Of a DNA stretch of 64,000 bases, positions 59,721-64,000 are shown piece by piece. Location: the NCBI RefSeq assembly GCF_009914755.1, contig NC_060934.1. One strand, written 5' to 3'. The notes under the pieces are model-generated. The model was not told the origin of the DNA, ran no database searches, and saw only the letters and a list, made by a program, of their open reading frames with translations. Made by a program: the position numbers and the translations under genes. The DNA is from the human T2T-CHM13v2.0 reference genome, Homo sapiens. Position 1 is the stretch's first letter, and each line of letters starts with the position of its first letter.

Positions 59721-62700
59721 ACTGCAATGGAATGGAGTGGAATGGAACCGACTCCAATGGATTGGAATGGAATGGATTCGAATTGAATAGAAAGGAATGG
59801 AAAGGAATGGACTTGAATGGAATGGAATGGAATGGCATAGAATCCAAAGGAGTGGACTAGAATGGACAAGAATGTAACGGTGTGGAATCAAATGGAATGG
59901 AGTTGAATGGAATGGACCCGAATGTATGCCATGGAATCAAATGGAATCGACTCGAACAGAATGGAATGGAATGGAATGGTCTGGGACGGAATGGAATGGA
60001 ATGGAATGGTATGGAAGGAAAAGGAATGGAATGGAATGGACTGAAACGGAATGGAATGGAATTGAATGGACTCAAAAGGAATGGAATTGAATGGAATTCA
60101 ATGGAATGGAATGGACTCGAAAGAATGGAATTGAATGGAATGCAAAGTCATTCAATGGAATGGAATGGAAGGGAATGGATTGGACTCGAATGGAATGGAG
60201 TGGAATGGGCTCGAATGGAAAGAAATAGAATGGACTCGAATGGAATGGAACGGGATGGAACAGATTCACATGTAATAGAAGAGAATGGACTCGCATAGAC
60301 TGGCGTGGAATGGAATGGATTGGAATGGAATGGAGTGCAATGGAAACGAATAGAAAGGAATGGAAATGAATGGACTCGCATGGAATGGAATGTAACAGAA
60401 TGGAATGTACTCGAATGGAATGGAAGGTAATGGAATGAAATTTATTCGAATGTTAAGGAATGGAATAGAATGGAATGGAATGGAATGGAATGGAATGGAA
60501 TGGAATAGAATAGAATGGTATAGAAAGGAATGGAATGGAATGGAATGAAATGTAATTGACTGGACTTAAAATGGAATAGAATGGAATGGAATGGATAGGA
60601 CTAGAAGGGAATGGAATGGAATGGACACGAATGGAATGGAATGGACTCGAAAGGAAGGGGATGGATTGTAAAAGAATGGACTCTAATGGAAGGGAATCTA
60701 ATGGAATTGAATGGACTTGAATGGAATGGACTCGATTGGAATGGAATGCAATCGAATGGACTCAAATGGAATGGAATGCAATTGAGTAGAAAATAATTGA
60801 ATGGCATGGACTAGAATGTAATAGAATGTAATGGACTCCAGAGGAAAGTTGTCGAATGGAATGGACTCATATGGAATGGAGTGGAATGGACTAGAATGGA
60901 ATGGAATTGAATGGACTCGATTGGAATGGAAGATATTCTAATGAAGTGGACTCGAATGGAATGGAATTGATTGATCTCGATTGGAATGGAATAGATTCTA
61001 AGAAATGGACTAGAATGGTATGGACCAGAACCGAATGAGTTGGAATGGAATGGAATGTAATTGAAAGGAATGGAATGGAATGGAATGGAATGTCCTCAAA
61101 AGGAATTGAATGGAATGGAACGGATTCGAATGGAATGGAATGGAATGGACTCGAATGGAATAGAAAGAATGGAAAGGAATAGACTTGAACAGAATGGAAT
61201 GAAATGGCATAGACTCGAATGGAATGGACCCGAATGTAATGTCATGGAATCAAATGGAATGGACTCGAATGGAATGGAATGGAATGGAATTGACTCGAAA
61301 GAAATTGAATGGAATGTACTTGAGTGGAATAGAATGGAAAGGACTCGAAAGGAATGGTGTGGAATGGAGGGGATGCGAATGGAATGGAGTGGATTGGACT
61401 CGAATGGAATGGAATTGAATGGACTCGATTGGAATGGAATACAATGGAATGAAATGGATTCGAAAGGAATGGACTGGAATGGAATGGTCACGGATGGAAT
61501 GGAATGGAATGGAAAGGACTCGAATGAAATACAACGGAATTTAATCGAATGGACTCTAATGTAACGGAATGTTGTGGACTCCAATGGAATAAAAAGGACT
61601 ATACACGAATTTAATGGACTCGAAGGGAATGGAATGGAATGGAACGGATCCAAAGGTAATAGAATGTAATGGACTCGAATGGAATGGAATGGACTCGGAT
61701 GGAATGGAAAGGAATGGAATGGATTCAAATGTAATCGAATGAATTGGACTCGAATGGAATCGAATGGGATGCACTCGAATGAAATGGAATGGAATGCAAT
61801 GGACTCAAATGTAATAGAATGGAATGTACTGGAATGGAATGGAAGGTAATGGAAAGGAATGGAATCAAACGGAATGGAATGGAAAGGAATAGAATGGACT
61901 GGAATGGAATGGAATGAAATGGAATGGAACTGTCTTGAATGGAATAGAATGGAATGGAATGGTATGAAATCAAAGGGAATGGAATGGAATGGTCTCGAAT
62001 GGAATGGAATGGACTCGAATGGAAGGGAATGGAATTTAATAGAATGGACCCAATGGGATGGAATCTAATGGAGTGGAATGGAATGGACTCGAATGGAATG
62101 GAATGGATTGGAATCAAATGCTATGGAATGCAATGGAATGGACTGGAAAGGAATGGCATAGAATTGACTTGAATGGAATTGAATGGAATGGACACGAATG
62201 GAACAGAATAGGATGGACTCCAGTGGAATGGTGTGGAACGGAATGGACACGAATGGAATGGAGTGGAATAGACTCAAATGGAATGGAACTGAAGGGACAT
62301 GATTTGTATGGAATGTAGTGGAATAAATTGGATTCGAATGGAATGGAAAGGAATCGAATGGTCTCGGATGGAATGGAATGGAATGGAATGAAATGGTTTG
62401 GAATGGACAGAAATGGAAGGGAATGGATAGGACCAGAAAGGAATGGAATGGAATGCAGTGGACTCGAATGGAATGAAATGGAATGGAACCTATTCGAATG
62501 CAATGGAATGGAATGGTCACGAATGGAATGAAATGGAATGGAAAGGACTCAAATGGAATGGAATGGAATGGAATGGACTCAAATGAAATACAACAGAATT
62601 GAATGAAATGGACTCTAATGGAATGTAATGTTGTGGACTTGAATGGAATAAAATGGACTTTACTCAAATGGAATGGAATGAAATTGAATGGACTCGAACT

Positions 62701-64000
62701 GAATGGAATGGAATGGATGCGAATGGAATGAAATGGAATTGAATCGACTCGAAGGGATTGGAATGCAAAGCAATGGAATGGACTCGAATGGATTGGAATG
62801 GAATTGACTCGAATGGAATTGAATGGATTGGACCTGAATGGCATGGAATGGAATGCAATGGAATGGAATCAAATGGAATGGAATGGAATCAAATCGAATG
62901 GAATGGTATGGATTCGAATGGAATGGAATGCAATGTACTTGAATGAAATGTGTTGGAATGGAATGGACTCGACTGGAAAGGGATGGAATGTAACCAAATG
63001 GTATAGAATGGAATGCAATGGACTCGAATGAAATGGAATGGAATGGACTCGAATGGAATGGAATAGGATGGAACAGATTTAAATGTAATAGAAGAGAATG
63101 GACTCTAATGGAATGGAGAGAAATGGAATGGACTCGAATGGAATGGAGTGCATGGGAAACGAATAGATGGAATGGAAATGAATGGACTCGAATGGAATTG
63201 AATGTAACGGAATGGAATGTAATCGAATGGAATGGAAGGTAATGGAATGTAATTTATGCGAATGGAAAGGAATGGAATGGAATGAAATGGAATGGAATCG
63301 AATGGCATTGAATGGCATGGAATAGAATGGAATGGAATGGAATGGAGTGGAATCGACTGGAATGGAATGGAATGAAATGGAATAGAATGGCCTTGAATGA
63401 CATAGAATGGAGTGGAATGGAATGGAATGGAAAGGAATGGATTCGAAGGGAATGGAATGAAATGGACTCGAATGGAATGGAATGGACTAGAAAGGAAGGG
63501 CATGTAATGTAATAGTATGGACCCTAATGGAATGGATTCCAATGTAATGGAATCGAATGGAATTGAATGGAACGGAATTGACTCGATTGGAATGGAACAC
63601 AATGGAATGGACTCGAATGGAATGGAATGGAATGGACTTGAGTAGAAAGGAATTGAAAGGAATGGACACGAATGGAATAGAATGTGATGGACTCGAATGG
63701 AATGGTGTTGAATGGAATGGACTTTAATGGAATGGAGTGTTATGGACTCGAATGGATTGGAATTGAATGGACTCTTCCGGAATGGAATGGATTGGAATGA
63801 AATGGACTAGAATGGAATGGAATGGAATGGAACAGAACAGAATGAATTGGAATGGAATGGAACGGACTCGAATGGAATGGAATGGAATGAAATGGAATAG
63901 AATGTACTGCAATGGAATGGAGTGGAATGGAACAGACTCCAATGGATTGGAATGGAATGGATTCGAATTGAATAGAAAGGAATGGAAAGGAATGGACTTG

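Larger units (their letters stand above)
1..64000 (+). repeat. Satellite III (HSat3) array, diverged (GGAAT)n with GGACTCGAAT variants; probably HSat3A-type (pericentromeric/heterochromatic, human or great ape)
   Basis: The GGAAT pentamer dominates every line, with the G-rich strand always on +. Variants ggactcgaat, ggaattgaat and ggaatagaat recur throughout. I did not see the CAACCCGAGT motif typical of HSat3B-type arrays or the CATTCGATTC/ATGATG pattern of HSat2. The subfamily call is an inference. Confidence 0.96.
6790..64000 (+). repeat. Higher-order repeat domain of ~4.1-4.3-kb HSat3 units (about 13 copies, several rearranged)
   Basis: The landmark GGATCCAAAGG occurs at 7194, 11510, 15812, (22112 as ggatct), 26223, 31313, 35305, 39495, 44585, 48577, 52767, 56920 and 61646. 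Spacings are 4316, 4302, 6300, 4111, 5090, 3992, 4190, 5090, 3992, 4190, 4153 and 4726. The order of other landmarks is conserved: aaatgctatgg, acatgatttg, gactttactc, aatttatgcg, aagggcatgt, gactcttctgg, atgtatgtcatgg, cttaaaatgg, gaagatattct, gtcctcaaa. Confidence 0.92.

Noticed and set aside
1-64000. Hundreds of ORFs, up to 476 aa (e.g. 2254-3684, 3971-5134 and 5862-7067 on the - strand)
   Set aside because: Pure (GGAAT)n and (ATTCC)n have no stop codons and ATG occurs every 5 bp. The products are MEWNG/FHSIP pentapeptide repeats overlapping in all frames, with no domain or gene structure.
1-64000. CRISPR-like repeat-spacer array or other prokaryotic system
   Set aside because: There are no constant repeats separated by unique spacers and no cas or other genes. 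The intervening sequence is itself degenerate GGAAT.
1-64000. HSat2 or canonical DYZ1 assignment
   Set aside because: The array lacks the HSat2 CATTCGATTC/ATGATG organisation. The observed period (~4.1-4.3 kb) does not match the ~3.5-3.6-kb DYZ1 unit. The chromosome cannot be assigned by eye.
1-64000. Inversion or strand switch of the satellite
   Set aside because: No CATTC-rich tract was seen on the + strand anywhere in the window.

Overview
The whole 64-kb window is one uninterrupted, single-orientation array of human/great-ape Satellite III (HSat3). It is a diverged (GGAAT)n pentamer on the + strand with a frequent GGACTCGAAT variant. I see no genes, RNA genes or transposon insertions, and all ORFs in the track are translation artefacts of the pentamer (MEWNG / FHSIP). 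The real information is a nested higher-order structure. The 5-bp pentamer builds ~1.4-kb diverged subunits, and these build a ~4.1-4.3-kb unit that runs from ~6.8 kb to the end, with a BamHI landmark once per unit. A very recent, near-identical 13,272-bp super-repeat (~2.1 copies, ~25.1-53.5 kb) consists of three units (5,090 + 3,992 + 4,190 bp), two of them rearranged. The first ~6.8 kb is an older, less regular layer. Several internal deletions and duplications join paralogous landmarks about one subunit apart. HSE-like and TEAD-like motifs are also present. Coordinates come from manual landmark tracking and ORF-track offsets, not from a computed alignment.
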